DNA of 64,000 bases from Octopus vulgaris (Eukaryota): assembly GCA_951406725.2 (NCBI GenBank), contig OX597821.1, positions 62,806,001-62,870,000 of the forward strand, read 5' to 3'. A model generated the notes under the pieces. The model saw only the letters and a program-made list of their open reading frames with translations. It did no database searches and was not told the origin of the DNA. How positions within the stretch are numbered: position 1 is the stretch's first letter; each line of letters opens with the position of its first letter. The position numbers and the translations under genes are program-made. Below, piece by piece: positions 40,855 to 52,975 of the stretch.

Positions 40855-41743
40855 TCCTCTTCATATTAATGTTGATATTAAAATTATTTGCTCTGCAACT
40901 CTGCTTCACATTTGTGTTCATCATGAGCTAGTCTGTTCAGAATCTGTAGATTTACATGTCTTGTATCCAATGATATGTGTAAATTGTCGAAAAATCTTTC
41001 AGCCAACGATAGTATACACTATAGAAGCACATCCGACTATTGTACTATTACAACAAAAATATTATAACCGTTCACATTTAATGAATATATTAGCTTGAGG
41101 CTCGATGAAAATTTTAGATGGAAAATTATAAGTGAAAACAGGACGTTTCAAGTTTCGCTCTTCTTCGGACAGCGAAAGAAATTTCAGAGAATAGAAAAAG
41201 TAGGATTGACCAGTTACTCAGGATATTTTCTGCATGATATTGTGAGAAGTATCATGGATATGTTGCCAATTAATATTGAAAATATATTGCTTTTCCTAAC
41301 CTTCAATTGAGAAGATATTTTGTTTGGTATATTCATATTTCATATAAAATCAAATATTATAATCAAAATGGCTCTCATCAGAAGAGATTATAAGACTATA
41401 CATGATTTATTCTTTTCTATCAAATAAATTTTAGAAAAAGAAAAATTTTTTAAAGTCGTTTATTCATGAAACAAAGTGAGTGACTTTCTGCACCATGAAA
41501 TTATGGTATCGATTTCGGAAAATTTTAAACACAATATTAGAATTCAAATGAAGTATTTACTTTTAAATATCATTGAATACAATAAGGACATATGTATAAA
41601 CACACACAAACACACACATACACACACATACACACTACATGCACACACAGAAATATATACACACTCAAATAAACACACACATACACATACATACACATAT
41701 ATGCACACAAATAAATACATACATACATACATACATACATACA

Positions 41744-41935
41744 TGATGGAAGTCTGTCGGGGTTCGACAATGACGTCAGTGACGCCGGTGGTGCGAATGT
41801 AACCCGAAGGCAGACGCGCAGACTCAGCCACATGGTGGGTACTTAACAACAGAAGTAGGGTTGGGGATCCTCTCTTTTCGGGCTTGTCGCTTCTGGTCTA
41901 GGCTCTTGAGGCGCTTTTCCTCGAACAGCCTAACA
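41744..41935 (-). mobile_element. 3' end of an RTE-clade LINE
   Basis: Minus strand [22 protein letters not shown]...YPPCG*VCASAFGLHSHHRRH* matches the RTE C-terminal FE..R.....KR..RK plus C2H2-like finger. Short 3' UTR; flanked by (CATA)n and (CCAT)n. Confidence 0.75.
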
Positions 41936-44900
41936 TCCATCCATCCATCCATCCATCCATCCATCCATCCATCCATCCATACATACATACATACATACAT
42001 ACATACATGTAAAACGGGTCCAATTGAAGACTGCCGAGAATGATCAATACGCATGTGCTCTTAAGCTGTGTTGACAGCGTCCTCTGTAGGAGAATACCAT
42101 TTTGAAGAAAAATATGATAGGTGAATAACTATAATTTTTAACTACTGCCATTATAATACTTAGTGATGAAATCATTTAATTTACTAATAATGATATTGGA
42201 TGTGCGTCAATAAGTCAAATTGATACTGTATAAGCGAAACATTTTTTAATTTCAAATATATTATCCGTGTGCAGGTGATGATTGTCACCAGAGCTTTTTG
42301 TTTACATGCATTGAATTATCCTGGAATTATCAACAGTAACATACTTTGGCATGACATTTTAATATGCAATCTTATACTCATTATGGACAAACTGCGTTAG
42401 CAAATATGAGGCAGTAGATGCTGCTTGAAACCTAGCAAACAGATCTTTTCATTTCGTGAAGGAAAATAATCTTAGAGTTAGTCCATCCAGAGAGGGAGAT
42501 ACAATGCTTGTACAGAGCCATATCAATGAAATTCGATCGCAGATCTCACGGCGGCATCGTTGATAGATTTCAACCAGATGTGTGAACATATATACTTATG
42601 GGGGAGATGGGGGATATGATTAGTCGTGTGTGATATTTACACATACACACACACACATACATGCACACATACACACACACACACGCACACACATATAAAT
42701 ATTTGAAAAATTCCTTACTTAAATATACACAGGTGTATGGAATGCCAGAGCGTTTTGGACCTCATATTTCAACTAAACAAGGCCTTCAAATATTTATCAC
42801 TTTATTCATAGTTGCCGGGGTGTTACATTAAGAATAATTTCCTTAAATCAGTATATACTTCTAACGATTAAGCATAATATCAAATTCGTCTTAAGCTATG
42901 TAACACTTCATCTTATGCTTTAACGAACTTATCATTCGCCCAAACACTGGATCTCTATTATTCTGATTAAGCCATTTACTCCCTAAACATGTACATTTAG
43001 CTAATAACATTTCGCTTAATGAGTTTGTTTTACGTATATTTTGTTTATTGCACAAATGCATTAAATCGCTTTAAATTTTATTTAATAAAAAGCGGGTAAG
43101 ATTTAATAATTTACTAAAACAGAAGGGAATGCTAACGTACAAGAAAAGGGATTAAAGAAGCTGATGCTAGTCGAAAATTAAATAAACAGCTGTTATTTTA
43201 CAGTACTTACGTAGTTCTTGTATTTTCTAATTCATTAGTTTCCTTTCTATGATTCATAGCATTGCTAACACCACAGATATGGAATTACGAATATGATTGT
43301 CGTCATCGTTTTGTCTCTATATTTGACTTCATTGTTTTTTCTTCACACAAACAGTTGCTGTCAGAGAGGAGAATGTTTCTTATCTAGTTTTGTCTGAGAA
43401 TAATGAACCATTTCATTATATTTCTTTTAATTTATTTTATTCATGTAGAATGTCAGATATATCTCGTTTAAAGGTAAATTATATACTAGCGATAAGTTTC
43501 GAATAAAATGTAATTTTAACTAAAACTGTTTTAAAGGTTGCTTAAGCTATTTCTATTTCGTACGTAGTATTGGATCGATACTCAAACTGCAACTGAGATG
43601 GTATGTTTCTTCTTGTTCTTGATGAGTTCCATATTCATTTGGATAATTCATCTCGTCTAAGAGGGGCTTTCACTACTAACTTTTATATCCGTGACTGAGT
43701 GGGAACACTTACGGAAATTTAAGAGCAATTTATATCTTATATAAAATATGAATACAAAGTTGTTCTTTGTTTATGTCAATGGGCTTATAGATTCAATAAT
43801 AACTGATAGCTCGTTAGGCAGAAAGAGAGAGGAGAGGGTGGTTAGTAGCAGAAGAAATGGTGAAAGAATTCCTCCTTTAATATTAACCTTCTGAATTTTC
43901 TCTCATTTAATCAACAATAGAATTTTCTGCTTCATATTTTAACGAGCTTTAGTTTTGCACAATATCTGCATGGATATATTGTTTCTCAATGTTTGAATGG
44001 CAGCTGCTCAATAAGTGTATTGTTTTCTAATTGCTTTATAATTGTTTGTAGGACAATGATCGTGTGAATTGATTCAGGAACTAGTTTTCTATAAAATGAT
44101 TCTAGGCGTCTCATTAACCCTGCTATGACTTTTCACACAGAAACATATCAGATCATAAATCATTATGCGTTTAGATTGTATTGTCTGTTTTCGGGAAAAT
44201 CCTTCTCCATTCGGATTTTGATAACAAAATATTGGCACAGACGAGTTTTAACTACTAATTTTTAACATTCAGTTGTTTATTTAATACTAACCTCCAAATT
44301 TGAATTTCCAAGATGTGTAGTTCTTTACACTACTGTTCTGTTTAAGATAACTGTCCTCGAAATTAAATATCTTCAAATGATGGAATCACTCCAGCATCAA
44401 AAGTCATCATGTAATAGGTTTGTTGTAACTATTCAAAATGTCGGCGTAGACATATTTCCATGCAGTATGCATTTACTAACCACGATTGACTGGTGAGAAT
44501 TTCTAGTAAAAATTATTTTCCCATTAAATATCCAGAAAGATATTGCTTACATAAAACTAGAATGGACCTCAAATAAAAACTGCCTGCTACCTGTCACAAA
44601 ACTTAGATCCTCTTCATAACGGTAGCACCATTTGGCAAGGGTTTTTCGAGGAAACCTTCACATAAACTGGATTACCTAACGCACCAAAATAAGTGCATTC
44701 TCCCGACTTCCCCACAGCGTGCAACGACATATTGAGTATAGTCTCATACAGTTGCGAGAATAGAGTGCCGTAGAATAGAGATGAATAACTCGTTTTCCGA
44801 GTGCTGTAAGTCACAAACATGCTAACTTAATGCGAAGAAAAGTTAGTATATGATCCAAAATTGTGCAAATCCTGATGATTGTATCCTGGATTTTTAAATC

Positions 44901-45282
44901 ATATATGTCAAATGTCACTTGTATGGTGCACATAATGCACTTGGAGATATGACAATGTAGCTAAGCTGATTCGTGTACGCTTTACTATCAAATCTCCTCC
45001 GCTACACTCACATGAACCTGCAACATTGTTAGAAAAAGAAAAATACTATAGAATTTTAAAATGCAAACAGACAAATAGTACACAATAATTAATTTTCATA
45101 AGAAAAATGACAGTTAGAAATCAAGAAAATTAGCTATACCAAAGGATTCTAATGTTGCGAACATGCTTGTTAATGTGGTGCCTCTATCAATGTGCTGCTA
45201 GTTAATGTGTTGCGTCTATCCTTTAATAAATGGAAAAGTGGAAGTGATACACGACAGTTTGTAAAATTATATTGATTCCAAG

Positions 45283-45485
45283 TTTTGGCACAAGGCCAGT
45301 GAATTCGGGAAGGGAGCATGTCCATTACATCTACCCCAGTACTCAGCAGGTCCATTTTTTATCGACACCCGAAAGGATAAAAGGCAAAGTCGACCCCGGT
45401 GGAGTTTGAACTCAGAACGTGAAGACGGACGAAATGTCGATAAGCATTCCGCCCGGCGTGCTACCATCCATGACAGCTTGGCCCT
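45283..45485 (-). mobile_element. SINE family 1
   Basis: Core ccgaaaggataaaaggcaaagtcgacc..ggtggagtttgaactcagaacgt. Confidence 0.8.
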
Positions 45486-45508
45486 GTAGCTCTTTCCATT
45501 ACATTATA

Positions 45509-45930
45509 AGCGCACGTATGGCTGCGTGGGAAGAAGCTTGCTTCTCAATCACATGGTTCTATGTTCAGTTCCACTTGCTGGAACCTTGGGCAAGTGTCTT
45601 CAACTATAGACTCGGGCCCACCAAAGCCTTATGAGTGGATTTGATAGACGGAAACTGCCCAAAGTGTATATATATAGATATATATGTGTCTGTATGTGTG
45701 TGTGTCTGTTTCTTTGTATCTGTGTTTGTCCCCCGCCATCACATGACAACCAATGTTAGTGTGTATACGTACCCATGCGTAACTTGGCGGTTAGACAAAA
45801 AGAGACTTATAGAGTAAGTACTACGCTTACAAAGAATAAGTACCGGGGGACTTATTCGACTACAATCTCTTTAAGATGGTACTCTAGCATGATCACAGTC
45901 GAATGACTGAAAGAAAAAGAACAGAAGAAT
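45509..45930 (+). mobile_element. SINE family 2, older copy
   Basis: Head, core accttgggcaagtgtctt and tail cacagtcgaatgactgaaa. Confidence 0.8.
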
Positions 45931-47239
45931 AATATTGACATTAACATACAAATTTCGGCACAGACACGTGCCAGAAGAGAAAATAACAAACATAAACCTA
46001 AGTACTGTGAATATTGTACGAAATCTCTTGCGACCGAAACGTTTTCTTCACCTTGAAGTGTTTAGTTAAAAGTGAGCAGATTCATACAAGTCTTCCATAC
46101 AATATACTCATGCTTAACCATCTTCAGATGTTTTGTTAACCTTGAATTCCTTTGAGCATCTTTTCCCTAGAAGATTAGCCTACAAATAATAATAAAGAAG
46201 TTAGTAAATATGAGAACATTACCGCCTGATTAACGCATAGAAATTGCTGACAGCTGACAATAATGTACAAGCAAACTGCTGATTTGATTGGAAGAGAACA
46301 GGATGTTTTAAATTTAGAGTACTTTAGGGGATTTTAGCATGAGAAGCTCTGACGGGAAATTAGTTATTACAGGCAAGGAAATTCCTCACGAGCAAAATGC
46401 TTCAGAACTGCTGGCATCTTTAATCAATAAACTCTACACAGGTATATTCATATTTTTATTATCACATAATAGTAAGTACGATTGTATTGTGCATGCAGGT
46501 GTACGCCTCATAGACTGCTTATTATGTTTCATGCATTTATGTGTGTGTGTGAGTGCGCATATATTGTCGTGTATTTGCGCACATACCACTATGCATGTGT
46601 TTCCACTTACTGAACCATTAGCACTTGACTGCATTCAAAATAATTAATCAGCGTATTCACAGACTACTTGTGCACATGAATACCCGGTAGTTTCCAGTCT
46701 TGTTTACCTTCCATAAATAACAATATGCAGTTGCTACTAATCCTAGACGCCTCCATACCGTGAAAAACATAAGTCAATATTGTTGATATAAAGGCTTTAA
46801 ACTACGAATTACTACATTTCAATAACATATATTATTCATTAATTTGCCAATATAATAAAAACAAAATGACCATTTTTGGAAGTGTGCATCATCAAAAGCG
46901 AAAACTAATTTGCAGAAAATATAATTTGCATTTGGAATAGTGTGGATGTGGAGTTTTAATGGCTTTTATTAAATATTCTTCATAGAAGAATCTCCCGTAC
47001 AACTGACAAGTGACGAAACATCAATGCATTAAATTATATAAAATAAAGGAAAACACTTCATCCCACAAAATAAAATTTGATGTATTAAATAGAATTACTA
47101 TTAATAAAAACAATTATATATTCCCAGACCCCTTCAAACATCAGTATATTGAAAATATCAACGTTTACAAGATACGTTATGACATATAATCTATACATAC
47201 ATACATACATACATACATACATACATACATACACAAACA

Positions 47240-47296
<57 letters not shown>

Positions 47297-47299
<3 letters not shown>

Positions 47300-47640
47300 C
47301 TTGGCTAATTCCCAATTTTACAACATAAAGACAGAAATATACACGTCACTGAAGTGAACAAGGGTATTAATCAGCACCATTGTTCTTAGTAAGAGTCAAA
47401 ACAACTCAATAGCCACAATGTATTATGTTAATGAGCTACGGTCGCAGATAGAACCAGATCACCGATGGTTTCATATGTTCGTGCTCAACGCGTCTCAACT
47501 CTCATCAGTAGCTTCCACGACGTCTAAGTTTAAAGTCAGTGTCTTCGTGCCTATTTTGTTGTTTTGACTCTTATTTCTAGTAATACTAGCGCTGACTGGT
47601 GCCCTTGTTGACTTTAGTGACGAGTGTTTACATAAATATA
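47297..47640 (-). mobile_element. Hairpin element with degenerate minimal HHR (47483-47512)
   Basis: Inverted arms 47341-47375/47591-47627 and 47388-47405/47558-47576. Minus strand GCTA-CTGATGA-GAGTT-GAGA-CGCG-TT-GAGC. Confidence 0.55.
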
Positions 47641-47919
47641 TATGTACATACTATTGAATCTTGCGAGGGGCATTATGTTGTTAATAAAAACACTCACACT
47701 GGTTCCGCCCCTTATTGTTATTGTTAGTTAGAGGATTAGATATTCAACTAACAAATTTATCGATCAACCGTTTACTTTTACTAGTTTTTTTCAAACTCGT
47801 ATTTTAAACTCTTTCCTCAAACAGTCAATCGATAGTTCAAATGTTCGGCATTGCTCATGTTATCATTTTTTTAATAAATTTTTTTATATCGCATTGTTGC
47901 AATCTCTTCAGCGTCTCTC

Positions 47920-47972
<53 letters not shown>

Positions 47973-48010
47973 CAATAATAATAATACGGGTAAAATTACT
48001 AATCGATTAA

Positions 48011-48061
<51 letters not shown>

Positions 48062-48062
<1 letters not shown>

Positions 48063-48891
48063 AAATAAATATAAGAGAGTGGTCACTATATGGCTCACTC
48101 TAGCACTAGTTAATCCAAAAGGTTTCAACCACAAAAATACATGTTTCCCATGAAAGTCAGTACGATTGTTAGCTCACACGGACAGGGCAAATAAAAAATA
48201 ACAAAAATACAGATTATTTTGGGACAATTGTTTCGCTATTAATGAATTAAATGTAATTTTACTTACAAAAAAATCCACTTGTAGCTCGTCAGCCAAAACT
48301 ATCTGGATGAAATCCACTCAATCACACGCCAGATTTTACCATAACGATAAATACACGTGTGGTTCAATTGATTACATCCGACGTTATAATTCAAATGCCC
48401 CAACTAACAGCGCGCCAAACTTTCACGGAAAACAAATACTGCATTTAGAAATAAATGTAGCATAATTATAATTAATTAATAAGGGTGAGAGAATTAGATA
48501 CTAATTTAATAGTATATCTATTCAACACCAAGTGGTCTAGTGCTCCGAGAAACCTGGATTATTATAATATTTTATAATATATTATAATATTTTTACAAAA
48601 TAAATATAAGAGAGTGGTCACTATATGGCTCACTCTAGCACTAGTTAATCCAAAAGGTTTCAACCACAAAAATACATGTTTCCCATGAAAGTCAGTACGA
48701 TTGTTAGCTCACACGGACAGGGCAAATAAAAAATAACAAAAATACTGATTATTTTGGGACAATTGTTTCGCTAAAAATATTATAATATATTATAAAATAT
48801 TATAATAATCCAGGTTTCTCGGAGCACTAGACCACTTGGTGTTGAATAGATATACTATTAAATTAGTATCTAATTCTCTCACCCTTATTAA

Positions 48892-48900
<9 letters not shown>
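48062..48900 (-). mobile_element. HHR-containing non-coding element: 535-bp monomer + partial tandem copy + inverted segment
   Basis: Direct repeat 48062-48238 = 48597-48773; inverted repeat 48467-48595/48772-48900; (TA)n on both sides. Confidence 0.85.
48217..48298 (-). ncRNA. Type-I hammerhead ribozyme
   Basis: Minus strand TTTTGG-CTGACGA-GCTA...TAGC-GAAA-CAATTG-TC-CCAAAA: perfect core, GUC triplet, 6-bp stem I extendable with AGAT/ATCT. Confidence 0.88.
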
Positions 48901-48955
<55 letters not shown>

Positions 48956-48959
<4 letters not shown>

Positions 48960-49389
48960 GAGGGTGAAAAATGTGATATTAATTTAATAATACCATCAAT
49001 TTAACATCAAGTGGCTTAGCACATAAAGATCAGGGATACAATACAAATTTATACATAAATATGAGAGAGTGACCACTATGTAGTCTACTCTAGTGCTAAA
49101 AGTAGATCCACTATGGTATAGCCACTAAAATAATTATTTCTAAGGAGAAATAACACAACATTTAACGTGGGGCAAGTGAAAAATAACGCAAAAATAGATT
49201 AACCCTGAACAATTGTTTCATTATTAAAGTAAATACAATTTTATTTACACAACATCCATAAATCATCAGCAGGAGTTTGTCTTAAATACAATTTATTAAA
49301 TCGGTCGTTATATTTCGACGCAGCAGTGGCTATACTATAGTGGATCTATTTTTAGCACTAGAGTAGACCACATAGTGGTCACTCTCTCA

Positions 49390-49396
<7 letters not shown>
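48956..49396 (-). mobile_element. Diverged sister subfamily of the 48-kb element, with ~72-bp inverted arms
   Basis: 48958-49025 is homologous to 48480-48545 and 49055-49110 to 48600-48655. Arms at 49055-49126/49325-49396; (TA)n flanks. Confidence 0.8.
49204..49273 (-). ncRNA. Type-I hammerhead ribozyme (U.U at the base of stem II)
   Basis: Minus strand CCTG-CTGATGA-TTTAT...ATAAT-GAAA-CAATTG-TT-CAGG. Confidence 0.75.
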
Positions 49397-49457
<61 letters not shown>

Positions 49458-49581
49458 TCTCTGCACAATATATACCTATATTTAATATATATGTGAGTAT
49501 ATTTGTGTGTATAAGAAGAGAAGAAAATTGAGATTAGGAAGTTAACAATTATTATTAACACTATATTGACCAACATCAAAT

Positions 49582-49637
<56 letters not shown>

Positions 49638-49982
49638 TATTAGGAGGTTTGGAGATGATGTACAAGTATTTTTATTAGAAGAAATGAGATACTCAGAAAT
49701 TCGGATGGTTTTATATTTACAGATATTTATTTGTATGTTACATGTTTTTATACATCATATATCATATATCACATAATAGCGCTTTCGTCCATTCTAGTGT
49801 AAAAATTAGCAAAAATACTCCATTCTAGTAAGAGTACTCCATCTAATGAGAGTTTAATATTACGATGAAGGCTACATACTACATGCACTATATGCGCCAC
49901 TAATAGTTACACGTACATAAGTACGTTTATGAGGTGCATATAATGCATGTAGGTGACGGATTTATAATAATATATACATATT

Positions 49983-50045
<63 letters not shown>

Positions 50046-50084
50046 TAATGTATATGTGTGTGAAATATATTGTTTTCAAATTTC

Positions 50085-50293
50085 AAATTCTGGCACGAGG
50101 CCAGATATTTTGAGGCAGATGCTAAATCGATCAGGTCATCTCCAGTGCTCAATTGTTACTTATTTCACAGTCCCCGAAGGAATAAATTGTTAAGTCAACC
50201 TGGGCGGATTTTGAACTCTGGACGCAATGAATGAGAAAATGCCGCCAAATATTTTGGCCGCTGTCATAACGATTCTCCCAACTTGCTGCCCTT
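50085..50293 (-). mobile_element. SINE family 1, old copy
   Basis: Degraded core and head homology. Confidence 0.7.
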
Positions 50294-50384
50294 ACGTGTG
50301 CCTAATATTAAAAAAAAAACTGGCAAACATAAATCTCAGAATAATTTGAGAATCATATGAAATAGCAACAGTATATTATTTGTA

Positions 50385-50706
50385 GTGGAGGCGCAATGGC
50401 CCAGTGGGTAGGGCAGCAGACTCGTGGTCGGAGGATCGCGGTTTCGATTCCCAGACCAGGCGTTGTGTGTGTTTATTGAGCGAAAACACCTAAAAGCTCC
50501 ACGATGCTCCGGCAGGAGGTGGTGGTAACCCCTGTTGTACTCTCTCAACACAACTATCTCTCACTCTCTCTTTCAATTTCTTGAGTAACGCTGCGATAGA
50601 CTGGCATCCCGTCCAGCTGGGAGGAACGCTCACCACAGAAACCGGGAAACCGGGCCCATGAGCCTAGCTAGGCTTGAAAAGGGCGATGCTTATCGTTTAT
50701 CGTTTA
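50385..50706 (+). mobile_element. SINE family 3, full length (tRNA head; V-domain-like ctgcgat.gactggcatcccgtccag)
   Basis: A box tggcccagtgg, B box ggtttcgattcc and short tandem tail (tttatcg)2. atattatttgta occurs on both sides and is a likely TSD. Confidence 0.85.
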
Positions 50707-51570
50707 TATTATTTGTAACATATTTTGGTAACAACTCATCACATTTAACTGAAGCGGCCAAGTGTCTTATCCAATCGAGATTATAGTATTTCAATGTAAC
50801 AGAAAAACCTACATATTCGTAATAGATACTGGCTTAGAAGGACAGAAGTGTTGGTGAGAGTGACATTGTAAATAAATATGAAATACTGTATTACATAAAG
50901 GTTGTATCTCATATCAACATTTCATAATCTATTCGCCTGTGGGTAACTTAATGAAGCATCCTTTAAAATTCCGATTATACAGTGATTGGAGCTCACATCA
51001 AATACATCCTTGGAGTAAATATGTTAGTTACTTGATTTTTCCATTTTATTTCTTTTTATGTGCGTCAGTTATTTATTTGTAAATATATATATACAAAAAA
51101 ACATCAATTTTCTTCTTTGATAAATCTATTACTAATATACATAGAGAAAAACACGCAGTAATATTCTTTAGATGCAGTCATTATAACACACATATATCTG
51201 TATGGTTCTTAATGGATACGCATAGATGAAAAGTTAGAATTTTGTTATTTATTTGGCATAACTGCTTATAGGCAGTAAAAATACTTTCTTTCTTGAGATA
51301 GTACACAACTCCAGAATCGAACAAGATCTATTAACAGGTTGATTCTATGCCAGAAGAGCAAATATATACGAAACTACAGTTTTAGATCCATTTCATATAA
51401 AATTGAAGAGATATTCCCTGCAGTATCACTGTAAAGATATACAACATAGTATATCAAACGAAACATAGCTCTCTAAAAGCAATATAGTCTTTATTATGAC
51501 AAACTATAGAATTCTTTCCACTACATTGTACCGTAAATATTTCATTAATATAGATTATTATATAATAATA

Positions 51571-51746
51571 AAGCGTAGGAGTGGCTGTGTGGTAAGTAAC
51601 TTGCTTACCCGCCACATGGTTCCGGGTTCAGTCCCAGTGCATGATACCTTGGGTAAGTGTCTTCCACTATAGCCTCGGGCCGACCAAAGCCTTGTGAGTG
51701 GATTTGGTAGACGGAAACTGAAAGAAGCCTATCGTATGTATGTATG

Positions 51747-51831
<85 letters not shown>

Positions 51832-52055
51832 GTGTGGGTATATGCTTGCTTGTCTGTATTTGTCCCGCCAACATCGCTTGACAACCGATGGTGGTGTGTT
51901 TACGTCCCCGCAACTTAGCGGTTCGGCAAAAGAGACCGATAGAATAAGCACTAGGCTTACAAAGAATAAGTCCTGGCGTCGATTTGCATGACTATAGGCA
52001 GTGCTCCAGCATGGCCACTGTCACGTGACTGAAACAAGTAAAAGAGTAAAAGAGT
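51571..52055 (+). mobile_element. SINE family 2, full length
   Basis: Head gcgtaggagtggctgtgtggtaag, B-box gggttcagtccc, internal (TA)n and (gtaaaaga)n tail. Confidence 0.9.
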
Positions 52056-52096
52056 ATTAGTATAAATTTAAACAACTTTTTTCTTTTCCATTTCAG

Positions 52097-52297
52097 ATAT
52101 CAGATGCAAAGCTATAAACACCAAAATTTCCAATGGCAAAGTAGTTATCTTTCCTTTCAACCAATTCGGTGCAGTAGCCAAGTATTCCTGTGTGGACTCA
52201 TACAAGCTAGTTGGCCTCTTCATGAGGGTATGCCAAGGAGATCTTTCCTGGAGTGGAGAAGAACCAGAATGCGTTCTCAACACGGTAGATGGCACTG
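52097..52297 (+). CDS. Internal coding exon encoding one Sushi/CCP (SCR) domain of an extracellular protein (possibly LEV-9-like)
   Basis: Polypyrimidine tract + tttcAG acceptor and G|GTGAGG donor; 201 nt, phase 1-1. Reads xIRCKAINTKISNGKVVIFPFNQFGAVAKYSCVDSYKLVGLFMRVCQGDLSWSGEEPECVLNTVDGT, with 4 Cys, NG, Y.C...Y.L.G and C....WS...P.C. Confidence 0.9.
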
Positions 52298-52564
52298 GTG
52301 AGGACATTTTTTCATTCAATTGATTCTGCAATTTGCACTAAACACAAGCACTGCTGGCTTTGTCGGTTAAAAACCTATCCAACCCTGCAACGTTTTATAT
52401 TATTATGCAATTGGTATTGTTTGCCCCCCTTCCTATCATTGCTATTTACACGTTTTATTGTTCCTATTGTTCATTTATTCTTATTTAATATTGTTGATCT
52501 TAGTGGTGTTTGCTTTCATATGGTGATTAGTGCATAACCAAGCCCACCCCATCACTATTCTGCG

Positions 52565-52686
<122 letters not shown>

Positions 52687-52975
52687 AAAAATATCGAAGT
52701 ACCAGGACCTAGCTATAGAGTTACGGAGACTATGGAAAGTGCGGGTAAAATGTATCCAAGTAGTTATAGATGCATTGGGAACTATCCCTAAATATCTGAA
52801 CAAATGGATAGGGGAAATAGGCATAAAAACCAATTTAGTACAGCTCCAGAAAACAGTGTTATTAGGGACAGCTAGGATACTTAGGAGGGTTTTTGGAATC
52901 TAAGGTTACTTGTAGCCCGATGTTAGGTTTTTTTTTCCTTCTCAACAGTCTAATCTGTTGAGTGTATATGAAAAT
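52687..52975 (+). mobile_element. Severely 5'-truncated R4/Dong LINE (second subfamily), RLE C-terminus + 3' UTR
   Basis: KISKYQDLAIELRRLWKVRVKCIQVVIDALGTIPKYLNKWIGEIGIKTNLVQLQKTVLLGTARILRRVFGI*; embedded in AAT repeats on both sides. Confidence 0.85.

Noticed and set aside
44614-44820. Possible Helitron helicase tail
   Set aside because: Only a vague resemblance to the QLYVA.SRV motif; not supportable.
50385-50460. tRNA gene
   Set aside because: A/B boxes are present but run into a SINE body repeated elsewhere in the window; treated as a SINE head.
52068-52331. ORF-track calls 52068-52331 (-) and 52104-52301 (+)
   Set aside because: These are shadow frames of the real Sushi exon, which uses another + frame bounded by splice sites.
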